This document shows positions 61,524-64,000 of a DNA stretch of 64,000 nt, piece after piece. Position 1 is the first letter of the stretch; each line of letters starts with the position of its first letter. The DNA comes from a virus: IMG/VR virus record IMGVR_UViG_3300009408_000003, positions 32,001 to 96,000 of that record. One strand, written 5' to 3'. Below the pieces are notes generated by a model. It had not been told where the DNA came from. It did no database searches and saw only the letters and a program-made list of their open reading frames with translations. A program made the position numbers and the translations under genes.

Positions 61524-61646
61524 GGTAAGGGAATATTTAAAAGAGTGTCATTGTTTAAAAACGCAGGGTCGAATCTGCTACCTTTTATTTTGAATATAAA
61601 TGCTCTACTATGAGCTAATTTTTACGAAGTACCTCTGTTTATTACC
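61524..61646 (-). ncRNA. Y-RNA-like element containing a complete tRNA-like cloverleaf (61555-61624, anticodon position UCA)
   Basis: Acceptor TAAAAAT/GTTTTTA, D arm GCTC/GAGC, anticodon arm TTTAT-ATTCAAA-ATAAA, T arm GCAG-ATTCGACC-CTGC; flanked by GAGGTACTTCG and ACACTC. Confidence 0.6.
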
Positions 61647-61711
61647 ACTTGCCGATATTTTAAAGAACGTTTTTGTTTCTTAATTCATATTGAATAGAAA
61701 AACATTTTTTG

Positions 61712-61785
61712 TATTCCGAGTAGGACTTGAACCTACGACCACCAAGGTATAAGCTTGGGACTCTGACCAACTGAGTTATCGGAAT
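61712..61785 (-). tRNA. tRNA-Ile (UAU)
   Basis: ATTCCGA/TCGGAAT acceptor, CCAAG-CTTATAC-CTTGG anticodon arm, GTAGG-TTCAAGT-CCTAC T arm; no encoded CCA. Confidence 0.9.
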
Positions 61786-61789
61786 AGTT

Positions 61790-61828
61790 ATGAAGAGTCA
61801 TTGTGGCAAGAGAACCGAGACTCTTCAT
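61790..61828. repeat. Perfect 10-bp hairpin immediately 5' of tRNA-Ile
   Basis: ATGAAGAGTC/GACTCTTCAT with 19-nt loop. Confidence 0.7.
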
Positions 61829-61989
61829 TGTTTGTTATAGATTATTTTTTGTTGTTACTTGGATAAACCTATTTTCTTAAAAATTCCATAGTTTAGACGA
61901 AGTCAAACTTTAACCTTATTATGTCTGATTTCAATTGTTTTGAATGAGCAATACTGGATACATAATCATCCATAGCGTAAAAACAACTC

Positions 61990-62067
61990 TGGTAGCGAGA
62001 GCAGGATTCGAACCTGCGTCGTTCAGCTTATGAGACTGAGCTGGGGCCATCTCCAGTCTATCTCGCG
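61990..62067 (-). tRNA. tRNA-Met (CAU), initiator-like
   Basis: CGCGAGA/TCTCGCT with C1 mismatch, loop CTCATAA, GCAGG-TTCGAAT-CCTGC; CCA encoded. Confidence 0.88.
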
Positions 62068-62210
62068 ATTTATTTTTTAAAAAATTAAACATTGTTGTAA
62101 ACTACGTTAGTAGTATCAGGAATATTTTCACTGGGTTTCCTGTTTTTATGCCAGATTTATTTTTTATAATTTCATACTGAAGTATGATTTTTTAAAAATA
62201 AGAGAAATTT

Positions 62211-62256
62211 GTAATGAGTGTTTTTTTCATTTAGACAATCGAAGTAACTCATTTAC
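62211..62256 (-). ncRNA. Minimal Y-RNA-like stem (no tRNA domain)
   Basis: GTAAATGAGTTACTTCG...AAACACTCATTAC; same end motifs as 61524-61646. Confidence 0.5.
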
Positions 62257-62280
62257 TTACTACTTATTTATATTTTATTG

Positions 62281-62353
62281 AGCTTTTAATGAGATTTGAA
62301 CTCATGATCTCGTTCTTACCAAAAACGTGTTCTACCTGCTGAACTATAAAAGC
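62281..62353 (-). tRNA. tRNA-Thr (GGU)
   Basis: GCTTTTA/TAAAAGC, CGTTT-TTGGTAA-GAACG, ATGAG-TTCAAAT-CTCAT; no CCA. Confidence 0.9.
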
Positions 62354-62359
62354 AATTTA

Positions 62360-62471
62360 AGAGTTTACTAGAGGCTATTGGGGGCTATCAGCGGAGAATA
62401 TTTTCCTCTGTTAATTCAGATTCCCAATCTTAATTTCCGTCTAATCTAGCCTTTTACGCTTGATAAACTCT
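62360..62471 (-). ncRNA. Unknown 112-nt rod-shaped RNA
   Basis: Nested stems AGAGTTTA/TAAACTCT, AGGCT/AGCCT, ATTGGG/CCCAAT and an apical GAG..CTC hairpin; GC-richer than flanks. Confidence 0.5.
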
Positions 62472-62575
62472 GTATTAAATTATAATCATGATTGTTCGGT
62501 CACAGTATGTTCTTCTAAAACTAATACCCCCTCTGTATTTTGATTATCTTTACAGATATTTTAAATAAATTTTTG

Positions 62576-62650
62576 TACTCCAGATGGGGTTCGAACCCAT
62601 AAAATTTAGTTTCTAAAACTAAAATGTCTAGCCATTTGCATCACCGGAGC
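62576..62650 (-). tRNA. tRNA-Leu (UAG) with short variable loop
   Basis: GCTCCGG/CTGGAGT, TTAGT-TTTAGAA-ACTAA, ATGGG-TTCGAAC-CCCAT; A73; no CCA. Confidence 0.85.
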
Positions 62651-62659
62651 ATATAAAAT

Positions 62660-62990
62660 AAAATGCTGAGATTACACATTTTCTGTTAATACTTTTGTTT
62701 TCGTACCGCCAAACTGCTAAGTTTTTTGTTAAAAACGTATCCACTCATAACTTATGAGTTTATCAACATTACCGCCTTTTTTAAAGAGTGGCATTTCTCT
62801 TATCATAATAGAACTACTCGATTTTTGTTTTTCTCCCAACCTTTAGAGCTGTTAGTGGTCGCTAAACCATTAGATGCAAACTCTAATCAATTATCATCCA
62901 CCTTGCGAGTTTCAGATAAACTACATTCCCGAATGGGTGTAGTATTAGGTAATTTGTTTTCTATTATTGTTAGGGTCTTTACGTTTTATC
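62660..62990 (-). ncRNA. Large structured ncRNA, GOLLD-like (short form)
   Basis: Dense hairpins (CTACA-CCC/GGG-TGTAG, C-GCAA-G tetraloop, ACTCATA/TATGAGT, TTAGAG/CTCTAA). The 3' end GTGTAATCTCAGC resembles GOLLD termini as I recall them. Lies between two tRNAs. Confidence 0.45.
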
Positions 62991-63000
62991 AATTTAATGA

Positions 63001-63074
63001 TGGGATGTATAGGGTTTGAACCTATGACACCTTGTGTTTAAAAACAAGTGCTCTACCAACTGAGCTAACTTCCC
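63001..63074 (-). tRNA. Atypical tRNA, Val-like body with 8-nt anticodon loop (UUUUAAAC)
   Basis: GGGAAGT/ACATCCC acceptor with an A-A mismatch, canonical D arm GCTC-AGTTGGTA-GAGC, CTTGT/ACAAG stem, ATAGG-TTCAAAC-CCTAT. Confidence 0.7.
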
Positions 63075-63077
63075 TAA

Positions 63078-63620
63078 AGTTAATTTTTCACTTCGATGTG
63101 CCCTAACGGTTGTTTCATACTCTTTTGAAGTACAAAATGCAACACACCAACTGTGTTTCAGATTACCAATCCTACTGTACGGTACTTCTAGTCTACACCG
63201 GAAAACAATAATGTTCCTTTCAACTATAATACTGATTAATTGCTCTAATACTGGCGGTACTTGAACTCAAAATCTACAACTTATTCTGTTTTGGTTTTAT
63301 TGAGGTAGTATCTTATAAGATAGGTACTAACCTATTTGAACTCACCGAACGGCTCTGTTCTTATCCTTTCCTAAGGGTCTTACTTTAATTCAATTTCCTA
63401 AAAAATTGAAAACTTTCAATTTACTCCATATTCACCATCGGTAATTAATGATGCCCCGTATAGGTTTACGGTTGAAATGTTGCTTGTTTAAACAAACCTA
63501 GTTATAGGCGGGTAGATGTGAATTTCTATCCCTTTCGATATCTCACGATACCATATTTTTGTCTTAACCGAAGTTAAAGTAGGATGTTAAGCCACCCTTG
63601 TATCTTTATTAATGCAGTAT
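63078..63620 (-). ncRNA. Large structured ncRNA, ROOL-like (about 540 nt)
   Basis: More than 10 hairpins and a possible TAGGTTT/AAACCTA pseudoknot. The 3' half (AATCAG..TAGTTGAAAGG..CCGGTGTAGACT..AAGTACC..GGTAATC..GAAACAC..TGGTG..CAAAAG..GCACATCG) matches ROOL RNAs as I recall them. 5' boundary approximate. Confidence 0.6.
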
Positions 63621-63809
63621 ATTCATTATTTCTTATGTAAGTACCAATGTATAAATAATTATTTGACAATTACATGAGGTTTCAATGTTTATGTCGGATA
63701 TGTACCATTATAATGATACATAATTAACATTATTAAATAAATGACTTTAATAATACATTAATGTTTTTCAATATTTTAATGAACGTATTTTTTTAATAGT
63801 TTTGTGTTA

Positions 63810-63842
63810 CAAAGATACGAAAAAATATTTAAATATCCTAAT
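63810..63842 (-). promoter_or_regulatory. Phage early/middle promoter driving the ncRNA/tRNA operon
   Basis: TTAGGA-N18-TATCTTTG. Confidence 0.7.
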
Positions 63843-63876
63843 TTTTTCTTAGTTTTTTTTAATTATTTTTAAAGTA

Positions 63877-64000
63877 TTAAATTCTACTTTTCAAAGTTGT
63901 TATCTCTGCTTCAATTCGTCTAATATCTCTATCAGATAATTTTATCATATTAGTACCATGTTTTTCTGGTTTTGTTTTACGTTTCAATTGTGACTGTAAA
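63877..64000 (-). CDS. 3' end of a hypothetical gene starting beyond the window
   Basis: Open frame ...IRRIEAEITTLKSRI* with stop at 63877-63879. Confidence 0.5.
   Translation of the reverse strand, partial: LQSQLKRKTKPEKHGTNMIKLSDRDIRRIEAEITTLKSRI

Noticed and set aside
62726-63019. Plus-strand 97-aa ORF
   Set aside because: Antisense to the structured RNA, overlaps a tRNA, and has no recognisable protein features
1-64000. Reverse transcriptase, DGR, integrase, rRNA or cas genes
   Set aside because: No such motifs were seen in any ORF or intergenic region

Overview
Very AT-rich 64-kb segment of a large (probably jumbo) contractile-tailed phage. The host is most likely Bacteroidota: upstream motifs resemble the Bacteroidota TAnnTTTG -7 promoter element. 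Almost all genes are on the minus strand. Left to right: (1) a >1254-aa ORF missed by the ORF track because it runs off the left edge. It strings together a HxGH nucleotidyltransferase, a ParB-like domain, a hydrophobic domain, a CCA-adding enzyme and an HD-type domain, with a hydrophobic-X-Glu motif at each domain junction, so it looks like a protease-matured polyprotein. (2) GroEL and tail fibre genes. (3) A fragmented Mre11/Rad50 (gp47/gp46-like) nuclease with a LAGLIDADG intein, then primase and a GIY-YIG nuclease. (4) A baseplate module (gp6-, gp25-, gp5-like), sigma factor and lysozyme-like protein. (5) An accessory region with peptide deformylase, SF2 helicase, Hsp20, HD hydrolase, NT5C, a metallophosphoesterase, and PhoH carrying an atypically split intein. 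(6) At the right end, an RNA island: TROVE/Ro60, a SpoT-type HD hydrolase, five tRNAs, Y-RNA-like elements (one wraps a whole pseudo-tRNA), and two large structured ncRNAs resembling GOLLD and ROOL. Family calls rest on motif recognition only; no database searches or folding programs were run.
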